Below are positions 23,088 through 34,713 of a stretch of DNA of 64,000 nt, one piece after another. Both the position numbers and the translations under genes were made by a program. The stretch is from Rhynchopus sp. YZ270_cl-10 (taxonomy: Eukaryota), in the NCBI GenBank assembly GCA_964035575.1, contig OZ037836.1, positions 558,001-622,000 on the forward strand, given 5' to 3'. The notes beneath the pieces were generated by a model, which saw nothing but the letters and a program-made list of their open reading frames with translations, did no database searches and was not told the DNA's origin. How positions within the stretch are numbered: position 1 is the stretch's first letter; each line of letters begins with the position of its first letter.

Positions 23088-24460
23088 CAGGGTTTTATCT
23101 TGAAAAAGCATTTAAAATTCTACCCGGTCTACCCGGTCTGGCAAAAAAGTGGTCAAAAAAAAAATTTCGCCTCCGGCGAAAATGTCCCGGTAAACCGTTA
23201 AAACTGCTGCATTCACTCGTATATTGCATATCATCTCACGTTCCCCACCTTTGCGAGCAGGGTCCTCAAGGGGGTGCAAAAAAATTTTTTTGCACCCAAA
23301 AAAAAAAAAAAAAGAAAAGTCGGGGGGTGCAAAAAATATTTTTGCACCCCCCCAAAAAAAAAAAAAAGTTTTTTTGGGGCGAAAAAAAATTTTTGAGGGG
23401 GGATTTCAGGCTTCAGCAGGGATTCTCTGGCTTTTCGTCAGCACCACAACAGACACAGCCAAGCACCACTAGGTGGCTGTCACACTCACAATGTGTGAAA
23501 GTGGTGCCAGGGATGCTCCCTGCGATTGTCGCCACCTTTAGCAGTCCAGGAAAGCAAGCGAAGTGATTATGTGGAAGTGGATTTCGTTTTATGCATGGGT
23601 ACTGAGTGTAATTTTCCGCTCGCTGCGCTCGCGGAGGTACACCTTAAATTTTTTTTCCGCTCGCTTCGCTCGCGGAAAGACACCCAATGTGAAATAAAAA
23701 AACGGGCGCAGGAAAATTTTTTTGAGCCTCCCACGATTTCACAAAAACCCAAAAAAATAGCGTCAGGCCCTGGTTTCCCCATTTTCCCGTGAATTTTCAC
23801 ACCTCTTCCAACTTTGTCAGGGAGGAGCGCGCGCGAAGCGCGCGCGACGACCGCTTGTGTGGGGAGAAAGCTCGGAATGGACTTTTCTGAAGGGTTTTGT
23901 ACAGAAAAATTTTTGCACCCCCAAAATTCCCAGAGAGGGGTGCAGGCTGAGGACCCTGTTTGCGAGTTGGAATAAGCAAAAAAATCATGTCAGGTCGGTA
24001 GCGTGCGGACGTTTCCTCGTGTAGACATCTACAAAAAGAAACGGCAGTCATGGCACCCAAAGGTTCCTGGCGAAGCCACGGTACGCAACATTTCTAAAAA
24101 TTGCGCATAAAATTGCATATTTTTACAGCCAAACTATGTCATGGGTAGGGTGGCTTGCAATCTTGCGCCGCAGGCGCACGGTACGCTACTTTTATTATTT
24201 CGCCATGCTGCATGCTTCCTTTTCCTTCGGCGTTTGACCAATTGGGTCGCGTTCTGGCTGTGACGGGGTCACTTTGTTCATGAGGCCAGTTCTGGTCACT
24301 CTTAGAGGTTTGTGTGAGGTACCCCCAAGATATATCATTTTGGTTTTTTTTTTGGCCTGGCCGGGTGGTTATTTTTTTTTTTCCCCCAGACCGGGTAAAT
24401 ATTTTTTTTTTTATTTTACCCGGTCTAGGGACCACTAACATATAAGGAGATAAAACCCTG
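23088..24460. mobile_element. Non-autonomous TIR element (CAGGG ends, 7-bp TSD; P- or hAT-like)
   Basis: TIR cagggttttatct / agataaaaccctg; TSD aaggtag at 23081-23087 and 24461-24467. Confidence 0.85.
23258..23958. mobile_element. Nested hAT-type MITE
   Basis: TIR cagggtcctca / tgaggaccctg; 8-bp TSD tttgcgag on both sides. Confidence 0.9.
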
Positions 24461-26247
24461 AAGGTAGTCAGGCCAGGGAGCCACCCAACCAGGCTCAACT
24501 GCCACATAGGGGGGGGAGATGTGTGCTGTCTGTGTAGTCCCCTCAAAACAAGAACAGGGAAACTGTCCCCCACTGCCTTGAGCGGTGTGGAACCCCGCCA
24601 CGTAGAACAACAAGTAAGCGTGGTATGAGGCAGTATCAGGGTCATGTGCCAGCACCCGCGGCAGCACTAAACCCGCCTACAATGTAGGTAATCGTAAAAA
24701 AAAAAAAAAAAGGTACTGCGTGCTTATTCAGGGTAATTCTTCTGGTTCTCCCTTCTTCGTTTTGTTTTAACTTAGAGATCTGTGTGTCAGACATTATGCA
24801 TTAGTTTGTTTTGCTTTCTTCTTTTTTTCCGTTTTTTTTTTTTTTCATTTTGTATTTTTTTTTTTTTTTGAAAAAGTGACAACGTGTAGACACCACTAAC
24901 TCCACAACAGCCAACCATCTCTCCCCATCTCTTGTTTCCTGGACACCGCTACCCCTCCCGCCTCCACTCGGTCAGGTACCGAATGAGGCTCCGTGGATGC
25001 CCGGATGAGATAGGTCTGGCTTCTTCAGGCTTCATCCCCATGTCACAGAGTGTGCCATGGGGAGCCAAGGCTATAGGTGAAGAGCACAGAAGAACATTCT
25101 TGCAAAGCAGCGTTACTTTCAAAAGGAAAGCCAAAACTACTATCAATGCGGGAAGTACGCCACGTACCCTTTTTCCGTATTATTTTTTCCACATCAAGTT
25201 CGTGACCCCCCCCAAAAAAAAGGGAGGAAAAAAACGTACGTACCATGATTTCCATGATTTACATGGTTGACGTAAAACTTCATTTTTTGGTTTGGTTTTG
25301 TTATACTATTCTGCGTACAACCGTGTATGGGGAGGGGTGTGTGTGGAAAGTGATGGGTAACTTACCAAAGGGTAACATAAAAGGGATGGGTAACAACTGT
25401 GAAGCACAGCACATGACACCTACACTGTAAAAGAGATAAACTGAAACGGATTTTTTTTTATTTATTTTTTTGATAAATTTAGGCTGATTGACGTCGGGCT
25501 GGTTTGCCCATTTTGTCACTTTTTACCACCGATTTAAACGGATCACCACCGATCGCGATCGATCAGCACCGATCACCACCGACCACCACCGCTCACCCAC
25601 CGATTGCACCGACCACATCGATTTACGCACCGATCACCACCGATCACCGGCGATCACCATCGACCACCACCGATCAGTACCGATCACCATCGATCACCAC
25701 CGATCACCATCGATCACCGTCGATCACCACCGATCACCACCGATCACCACCGATCACCACCGATCACCGTCGATCACCACCGAACACTGGGAAAGTTTCT
25801 TCGTCAGTTTTTGGGTATAACCGTGTATATGACGTAATTTTAGGTGGTCAGAAGTGGAGACTGACCCCCATGTCCAGGTCATAGAAATGCCCTTTGAGGC
25901 CATTGCCGAAGGAATATGGTACTTTTGATCACCGCAGATTATGTACTGACCAAAAAATCCATACAAAACCCAAAAAAACACCAAAATCATGTAAAAACTG
26001 ACTCATGCATTTTAGGTCAAAAATACTCATTTCTCAGCGCAAATTGACCCCATCAGAGCACCCACAGATTCCTGAGAGCCAAAATCAATTTCCCCCCTAC
26101 CCGATTTTTTGCGGGCAAAAATTGGCGGAAAAATATTTTGGGACAAACTCCTGGTTCAACCGATTCACAACTGGTGCACAAATCTGACCTGTACCTCGAG
26201 GTCATTTTGACTTCGATTTTTTTCTCAGGGTCTTCTAACATATGGGG

Positions 26248-26671
26248 TACTGTACTGTACTGTACTGTACTGTACTGTACTGTACTGTACTGTACTGTAC
26301 TGTACTGTACTGTACTGTACTGTACTGTACTGTACTGTACTGTACTGTACTGTACTGTACTGTACTGTACTGTACTGTACTGTACTGTACTGTACTGTAC
26401 TGTACTGTACTGTACTGTACTGTACTGTACTGTACTGTACTGTACTGTACTGTACTGTACTGTACTGTACTGTACTGTACTGTACTGTACTGTACTGTAC
26501 TGTACTGTACTGTACTGTACTGTACTGTACTGTACTGTACTGTACTGTACTGTACTGTACTGTACTGTACTGTACTGTACTGTACTGTACTGTACTGTAC
26601 TGTACTGTACTGTACTGTACTGTACTGTACTGTACTGTACTGTACTGTACTGTACTGTACTGTACTGTACT
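26248..26671. repeat. Perfect (TACTG)n microsatellite, about 85 units
   Basis: Seen directly in the sequence. Confidence 0.98.
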
Positions 26672-26688
26672 CCCAATCCCCTGTGGAG

Positions 26689-26818
26689 ACTGTGTATACT
26701 GTGTATACTGTGTATACTGTGTATACTGTGTATACTGTGTATACTGTGTATACTGTGTATACTGTGTATACTGTGTATACTGTGTATACTGTGTATACTG
26801 TGTATACTGTGTATACTG
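26689..26818. repeat. (ACTGTGTAT)n 9-bp tandem repeat, about 14 units
   Basis: Seen directly in the sequence. Confidence 0.97.
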
Positions 26819-28522
26819 AGGAAATTGACCAAAAACGAGAACTTGTCCATTTCGGCAAATTGGCCCCACCACTGGCCGGACGGATTCTGGAAATGCAAAT
26901 GCCGGCATTTAAAAGCTCGCCAAGGAAAAAAAACAATTTTTTCCCAACACCTCTTCCCCCCCCGTATCGGCATGACAACTGGTAGAAACACGGGGAATCG
27001 GTTAAGGCGCTACACCAAAAAATCACGAAATATTTTTTCAACGGAGATTCACGTACATAACTAAATTTGGCCCAAAGTGTCAAAAGTGGGCCTCCAATGT
27101 CGCATTGGACTCATTTCATGGCGATACTGGCCATGTGTGATGGTTATCTCACTTTTTGAAATTTTCATCACATACAAACCTAACACCTGAGAGACAAGCT
27201 CGTGGGTGCTCTATACGGTAATAGCTACCCATTTCTAGCGATTACCACCGATCACGCACCGATCACCACCGATCAGCACCGCTCACACACCGATCACCAT
27301 CGATTACCATCGATCACCATCGATTACCATCGATCACCACCGATCACCACCGATCACCACCGATCACCATCGATCACCGTCAATCACCGTCGACCACCAT
27401 CGATCACCACCGACCACCGTCGACCACCACCGACCACTCACCGATCACCACCGATCACCATCGATCACCATCGATCACCATCGATCACCGGCGATCACCG
27501 GCGATCACCACCGATCAGCACCGACCACGCACCGATCACCATCGATCACCACCGATCACCACCGATCAGCACCGGCCAAGCCCGGCGTCAATCAGCCTAA
27601 AATTGTTGGAGTAGTGCAGTTGCCTCGGTTGTGTTGCCACAGTTGTGCAATCTCCACTGTTTTTTGAGGATTTGGACGAGGGAAAAAAAAAAAACGTAAA
27701 CGACGGTTCGTTGGGATGAATGCGGAGTGTAACCACATCAAAGCATCAAAGGGGAAACATTAAGAAACATGAGTTATGCCAATGAACGACAAGAACTGAT
27801 ACATAACGCAGTTTGTGGAGAGGGAGAGAGGGGCGTCTTAGGACGAGGGAAGGAGAGGAGGAAAATAATAAAACTTGAAAATACCGCAAAACTGGGATGG
27901 TGGTCCTGACAAAAAAAAAAACCCCCCTGTTTTGCGAGATTCGTGAAGGGTTTGCGCAAAAGGTTTCATGCGGGTTCGTGCCGCTTGTAGAATTTTTGTT
28001 TTAAAATACATTTTTCACTTTTGTGACCAAAAATTTTTCCTAAGCAATTTTTGCCTACAAAAGATCAGCTTTTTAATTTCGGAGCCTGTTGTGAATGGGT
28101 CACTTTACGCTGAGAAATGAGTATTTTTTAAAAAAATCCCGAATCCATTTTGAGGGTTGTTTTGCGGAAATCGTGGAATAAACGCAAAAAGCTGAAGATA
28201 CATCTTTCGATAAGAAACGTTGTAAATTATTTCGCATCCACTTTGCCGTTTGGATAAAGAACAACCAGAGACGAAAGGGGGTTTGGGGGGGAAGAGTTTA
28301 ATTCTCGAACGCATCCCCACACTCAGTCACACATAGAAAAGGTGCAGAAACGTCACAAAGAATAATATAAAAATACAACCAACGACCATGCATCTCAAAA
28401 CACCAAGACAATAATAAAACATACGCTGACTTGAAATAACAGAACCAGACGAGGTGTGCCCTTTCCACATGACTGTAGAACGGCGGTTTTTTTACTTTCT
28501 TTTTTTCTTTCTAGTGTCAGGG

Positions 28523-29436
28523 CAGGGGAGTTTAAAAGTTTGGATTTTTTTCAAAAAAATCGGTTTGAGGTAAAAAATCGGTTTGGGCAAAAAAAAGCGA
28601 ATTCCGAGCTTTCTCGCCCCCCCACGGGCCCCACCCCCCACCCTTCATCCCTTAACAACTTTTTTCGATTATGTTCCTTTTTAAAAAATTTTCTTACAAA
28701 AAGTGAATTTTTGAGGCGGGTTGTAAATAGCAAGAATTTAGTTTTGCTGATCATTAACGCTCCGTCTTGATGGTGGTTGATGTAAGCAAAGATCTGAACA
28801 GAAACGAACAGGCGCCCACGAACGCATCCAACACAACGCAACCGATCCGAATGCATCGAACGGAACCCAAGCAACGCAACGAGTGGTTACAAACCGCAGC
28901 CCACCTTCGGTACCCCGCAAGTGCGTTTCCGGCGTCACGTACACGGGTCTGGTGGTTTTCGGTGAATAACGCCCGTTTTGCCTTAAGGAACGCACGTTTC
29001 TAAAGCGTTTCCCACGTAAACTCGCGACACGAAAATAGGAATTAAAAACAAATCTCTCAGAGAACTGTTTTCTAAATACCTCATTTTTTGGCCCAATCTT
29101 TCCAAGTACGTACGTATGGGGGGGGTGTAGCAAAAGCAACCTTAAAAACCTTACACAGAGTGTTAAGGAATTTTTGAGGGATGGGGTTATCCCAGGGCCT
29201 CACTTCCCCCTTCCTCTCTCACTCATGTTTGGCTTCTCCGAACTCCGTCCGTCAAATGGTGGGGTCACATTTTCTGCAAAAACAGGATTTTTCTGGCCAG
29301 GAACCCTGTTACGAGGAAAAATTTTTTTTTTCAAAAATCCAGATTTTCCATAGCTTTTTTTTTTTTTTTTTTCAAAATCCTCAAACCGAATTTTTCGGTT
29401 TTTGAAACCGGTAAACCGATATTTTAAACTCCCCTG
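28523..29436. mobile_element. hAT-type MITE inserted into the left TIR of the outer element
   Basis: TIR caggggagtttaaaa / ttttaaactcccctg; 8-bp TSD tgtcaggg at 28515-28522 and 29437-29444. Confidence 0.9.
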
Positions 29437-31009
29437 TGTCAGGGTTTCCGCCAGGATTTTGGGTTTCAGGAATTGGGGGGGACCATCAAAAAGACCCCCC
29501 CAAAAAATTTTTTCTCCCCGCAAAAGCGGTCGTCGCGCGCTTCGCGCGCGCCTCCCTGCAGGCCACAGAGTGGAGAGGCGAAGGGTGCACCAGGTTAGAT
29601 AGCAGCCATGTCAAGCTTTACAGCTGTGTTGTCTGGTAGAGGTGGTTCGTTTGGAGGTCGGGGGTGGAAGTTAACAAGGTAAGGGGTCTTGTGAGAGTGG
29701 AGGGTGATGGTGTTTGCTTTTTCTATTGTATGGCGCTACAGTCATTACAGTGCTGCAGTGGGAACATGTAATAACTACCCGTCGCTTGCACCGAAGCCTC
29801 CTTAGAAAAAGGGGCAATGCACGGAAGTATCGATGGAAGTATATCAATATCACATAGCTAGCAACACAGCGCCGCAGGCGCACGGTACGCTACTTTTACC
29901 TTTTTAAAAAAGATTGCACCACCCCCTTTTTTCTTCCACTTCTTCTGGCACAGCGAGCCAAATGCTCTGCACGGTGGGGTCGCATGACCACGGGGGGTCA
30001 TCTACAACCTCCAAAACCCCATTTTTCTTGGGGGGGACCATGGTCCCCCAGTGTTCCTAATTTTGCGTTTAAAACGTTTAAAACGTTTTAAACGTTTTAA
30101 ATTATTTAAAACGCGTTTTAAACGTTTTAAACGTTTAAAACTCGAATAAAAAACGGGTGACAGTTCTGCACAAAAAAACGTAAAAAAAGTGGGGGGAATT
30201 TTTCGAATTTTTTTTTTCTGTATCAAAAATCATAGTTTTGGTGCATCTGGGGTCAATTTAGCCTGGTTTTTCTTGGTTTCTCCTGCTAACTTGTTTCCTG
30301 TACGGTACCCTAATGAGTGCGCTAAAACCTGGCTGATCAAGCGCTTGGTGCCAGCATTTGATGTGTCAAAAATTCCCAGCGGGTTCCAGATGGGTAACAG
30401 GGTACTTAAGGCTGAGTATGACAGGGTCATGGTTCCTGTGAGAGCAGCCCTAGCAAAGAGCCTGCACATCTCGGTATACGTTGATGGCTGGAAGGCGCAC
30501 AACGACGAGAAGGTGTTCACCCTTGTCGCGAGGGTGCGGATGCCCGCCCTGTAAGCACAAAAGTTTTGGAGGAGGACTTGCACAATGCGGAGGAGATCTG
30601 CACGCACCTGCATGAGAAAAAGATAAGTTGAGTGGGCTAGTGTGTGATGGGGACACCATGGGACACCACTGTGTCTTCTCTGTCCACAACAGCAGCGGCG
30701 GACGACCTGGAGAAGTTCATGCGGGTGGAGGACTCCCCTGGTAGAGCTGCTGCGATATCGACTAAGCTACCTGCAGGCGACAGCTGGCTTGCCGGAGCGA
30801 TAGAGACTGTGGAGGAGACGGGAGCCTATCGCCACAGCGTACGCGCACCCTTACTGGACCACGACCCCGTGTCACCGTGGGAGTGGGATCGTACGCTGAA
30901 TGACGTGCTGATCACCAGAAATACCGGGTGTCAGCAAGAGTGACTCTGCAAGCAGCGAAGAGAACCGGCAAAGGACGGAACTGGCTCTTGCGGCTCTGCC
31001 ACCCCACAC

Positions 31010-31215
31010 GGGACGCGTCTACACAGACAGATCCTTGCACACGGTAAACAGAACACTACGCGCTTCACTGACTACCAGATCAGCGCACCCCCAAGGAGGA
31101 GTGGGGGCCATCTTCTACCACAACGACGGCTCCACTACACCAAAGGGGGCACACCAAGCATCCAGTGGCGCAGGCACACTCTGCTCGGCCTATCAGGCAG
31201 AGCTGGTGGCACCTT
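31010..31215 (+). pseudogene. RNase H fragment, probably from a non-LTR retrotransposon
   Basis: RVYTDRS (compare YTDGS), then with a frameshift GGVGAIFY...SGAGTLCSAYQAELVA (RNase HI AEL motif). Confidence 0.6.
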
Positions 31216-31396
31216 GTAATTAGACACCATGCGGTGTCTAATTACACCGTGCCTGCTGCCACTGAAAAGTTCAGCAAAGAGGAAAATACCACATTTTTTC
31301 GCAAAGACATTTTTTTTTGCCTGTAAAAAAAAAAAAAAAAAATTTTTTTTTTTTGCCTGAAAAGCCAAAATTCACCACCGTTTTTTATTCGAGTTT

Positions 31397-32666
31397 AATA
31401 ACTATTTATTCACCTCCTTTTAGCGGGGTTTTATTTTGCGATAACTTCACGCATTTTTTTCCCAGGCGAGGGCTACTTAATTTGCCGAGCGAAGCGAGGC
31501 AAATTGAGTGCACGAGCCTGGGAAAAAAATAAGTGAAGTATCGCAAAATAATCCGCTAAAAGGAGGTGAATACGTAATTTTATTTCACGGGAAATAAAGT
31601 ATACGAAAGGATTTGGCACTTTTAGCGGGACTCATTTATTGTGCAATAACTAACGAGTATGTGTCCCTCCAGGTAGCTCTCATTACCCCCCCGCTAGCTT
31701 TTGCTCGCTGGGAACCTGCAAAAAACTGGTGAACTGGGCCCATACCCTGGTATGTGGGGTGGGATACGCATTTTCGGGGTGGCAGAACCATGTGTGAGCC
31801 ACAGGGTGGTGCACGTGTGACCCCATGCAGTACCACGCAACCCACGTTTTTACACACACAACAACGGCATTTTGCGCGTAGCGCGTACAGTATGTAGCCT
31901 AAAAAGCCCACACCACGTGTACGCATAGCGCGTAGCGTAGCGTGTGGTCGGGTTTGGAAAGCTGCCTCAACGGTACACAAAGCTACATCCCGACCTCTCG
32001 CCACCTCAGTGTCCCCTCGGGTGCGGGAGGTCGGGAAATGGCTGTCGTGCAAGAGCGAGACACATTCAGAAGATCCCCGCCCATCACAGAATATCATGCC
32101 AGCCACCACCTTCCTCACAATGAAGTAAAGGGGGTGGTGTGTCCTTCGTCTTGATAGTGAGATCGTCACGGAGATACACTATGTACGAAACGAAGTCGGC
32201 TTCTGTGGGCTTACCGTCAGTCTTGCCAATGAATTCCTTAAAAAGCGGTCCCATTCACGGACGTACGGTGTCGACAATGCTAGTCCTTACTGTAGTGCTT
32301 GTCCATCTCCTGTCGGAGGACCGTTTGCGTCTTACATCCTTCGGCATGTTGCATGTGTCAGAAAAAATGGGAAAAGGGCAAAAAAAAATTCGAAATTTTC
32401 AATTTTTAGGCGGGTGGTAGTGCAGGATGTACCAAAATTTAGCGTGAAGTTATCGCCAAATAAAACCCCTGTTTTAGCGTGAAAAAAACAAAAATAAAAT
32501 CCCGCTCTGAAGGAATTGCAGTGAAAAAAAGTGAAAAACGCGTGAAATAAAGTTCAATGAGCGGGTTTTTAATTTGCGATAAAAAAAGTGCGTGAAATTA
32601 TCATTAAAAAGAATCCCGCTAAAAGTGCCAAATCCTTCGTATACTTTATTTCCCAGGGGAATAAAA
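31397..32666 (-). mobile_element. Decayed Crypton-like tyrosine-recombinase element
   Basis: Hairpin at about 31400-31579 with a GAA loop at 31491-31493; inverted pair 31578-31630 / 32614-32666. It interrupts the hAT subterminal sequence gagtttaa|aacgttt. Confidence 0.8.
32040..32347 (-). pseudogene. Frameshifted, internally deleted tyrosine recombinase N-terminus
   Basis: Minus-strand frames give YVREWDRF, KPTEADFVSYIVYLRDD and LYFIVRKVVAGMIFCDGRGSSE. These align by eye to YKTEWNKF, QPREEHVVSYLTHLREE and YWCVRKAYVAVCFLSGMRCTE of the 42214..43230 protein. Confidence 0.75.
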
Positions 32667-33517
32667 CGTTTAAAACAGTTTAAAACGTTTAGAATTTAAA
32701 ACGTTTAAAACGTTTAGTTTAAAACTAGCGTTAGGAACACTGTGGTCCCCCCCAAACCCCTGTAAAAATCCGGATTTTTCTGGGAAAAATATTGGGGGGG
32801 TCCATGGTCCCCCCCGGTCCCCCTTGGCGGAAACCCTGAGTGTGTTGTGTTCTTGTTGGGTAGGGGTCTTAATCCCATATTAAAAATGTGAGAAAATGAC
32901 GCACGCCACTTTCTCTCATAGATAGGACTCCCCAGCCTAGGCATACCCAGAAGGCGAATTCGTATTCTGAAATATGGTCCAGGAATTTTGGGATACAAAT
33001 TCAGGGAAAATACAGATTCGTCTTCGAGGTAATGTCTAGGCTAGGGTAGGGGGAGAAAATACAGTTCACACTACAGAAAAAAATGCGGCTGGCATTTTAT
33101 GCTTTAAAAAAAAAAGCAAGAGTACAGCTGCCTGTTGTGCTGATGGGAGGGAATGTGTAATGCAGGGGAAAAAATGAAAAAAAAAAACAAAATCCAAAAA
33201 AAAAGATCGGGTCTTTTGTTTGTGCGGTCAAAGCCGGAAAACAAAAAGGTAAAAAAATTGTGTTAAACTGAAGTACGGTTGTTGTGGTTAATTGAGTACT
33301 CAAAAAGAAACAAGCGAGCTTCTGTCTTTTTCAATCCGTTTTGTTTGCCCTGCAGCGCTGCCTCCAATCTTTTTAGAATTGACAACAAGTTGTTTTATCA
33401 AAAAGAAACCCCCGAGAGTAGCAATAGGTAGAGATGAGTTCCACTTTTTTTCTTTCTTTTTAAAAAAAAACTTGGTTGTTTTAGTGTAGACACCCGAGGA
33501 TGAACTCCACTATACTA

Positions 33518-34242
33518 AAGGGGGAGTGGACCTATTATTAGGGTGGACCTATTATGCTATAATAATAGGTCCACCGTTTTTGGGTTTAAATTTAACTTTT
33601 TAAATCTCGATTTTCGGAGAAATTTTTTTTTAAAAATTGGCTGGGGAATATGGTGGGTGTAGGGGAAGGGTGGCACAGGGTACACGACGGGACTCAGTGA
33701 CAAGTGAAAATGACAAGTGAAAGACAAGTGAAAAAGGTGGCAAGTGGTGGCAAGTAAATCACTTGTCATGAACTACTTACTTGTCATGACAAGTGATTTA
33801 CTTGTCATTCACTTGTCATGTCACACCTTTTTCACTTGTCTTTCACTTGTCATTTTCACTTGTCACTGGGTCCCGTAACGAAGGTTTACTACTTTTTCAG
33901 CGGACACGTTTTGGTGCAGTGGTTTGCAGTTGGCCTGCTGATTTGCAGGCAATACACGGCACGGTCGGCAAGCTTGTGTGTCCGCTTTGCAGGAGGTTTT
34001 GAGGGGGGTGGGCGGAGCAGTGACACCTTCCTCTCAGATGTCGCATCAGGTGGCGCAGCAGATGGCGCAGCTGCATCACCAGGAGAAGGAACTGGTGTTG
34101 AGGGTGCTTTTGATGGCACCTGGTCTTCTCTCTTGATGTGCACACTGCCCATCCTGAACAGACGTAACTGACCTTTGTATGTCGGCTCTTCCTAGCCTAG
34201 ACAAGCAGAATTGTCTAAGGGTTGGATTGTTCACCCACTAAC

Positions 34243-34273
<31 letters not shown>

Positions 34274-34620
34274 GGGGTTTTCTTTTGGAGCCACATTTAC
34301 GACTATGGCATCTACATCATCCCACTCACACGTGCCTGCTCGCGCGTCCTCCAGCACTTGCTGCACTCTGCGCAGGTGATTCGCACAACAGCACGACAAC
34401 AGGCTCGGCAGCATTAGAAAATTGGTTTTGGGGTTTTTGGCTGTTGTTTTGGGTTTGATTTTACAGTGTTTTGTGGGTAAAGGGCGGTTGGGTAAGGACG
34501 AAAAGTACCTAAATAGTGCCTAAATAGTGCCTAAATAATAGCACTTTTTTAGTAAAAATAAGAAAAAAAATTTTAAAAATCGGCCAAAATTCAGCTATAA
34601 TAATAGGTCCACTCCCCCTT
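33518..34620. mobile_element. TA-flanked MITE
   Basis: TIR aagggggagtggacctattat / ataataggtccactccccctt with TA on both sides. Confidence 0.8.
33683..33876. mobile_element. Short foldback element of the (tgacaag) family, related to 41002..44923
   Basis: cacgacgggactcagtgacaagtg...cacttgtcactgggtcccgt is palindromic. Confidence 0.8.
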
Positions 34621-34713
34621 TACACGCATCTGAGTGCTTTTTGTATTTTTTTTTTTTGAAAAATTGATGACGTGTAGACACCTCGCTTTTTTCTCACAAT
34701 TTTTTTTAATTCT

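Larger units (their letters stand above)
25480..27599. mobile_element. Non-autonomous TIR element (TAGG ends, 5-bp TSD) carrying satellites
   Basis: TIR taggctgattgacg(t/c)cgggct; TSD aaatt at 25475-25479 and 27600-27604. (cgatcacca)-type arrays at about 25540-25782 and 27239-27575. Confidence 0.85.
30049..32742 (+). mobile_element. Defective hAT transposon with transposase remnant
   Basis: TIR cagtgttcctaa / ttaggaacactg; 8-bp TSD tggtcccc; (tttaaaacg)n subterminal repeats. The fragment at about 30290-30550 reads ...KSLHISVYVDGWK, resembling the hAT first catalytic Asp (DxW) motif. Confidence 0.85.
28518..32838. mobile_element. Outer TIR element (cagggtttccgcca, 5-bp TSD) hosting several nested insertions
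   Basis: Removing 28523..29436 plus one TSD copy restores agtgt|cagggtttccgcca. The right end reads tggcggaaaccctg|agtgt. Confidence 0.75.

Noticed and set aside
26053..27083. Long ORFs of VQYST/YCTVL repeats
   Set aside because: They are translations of stop-free microsatellites.
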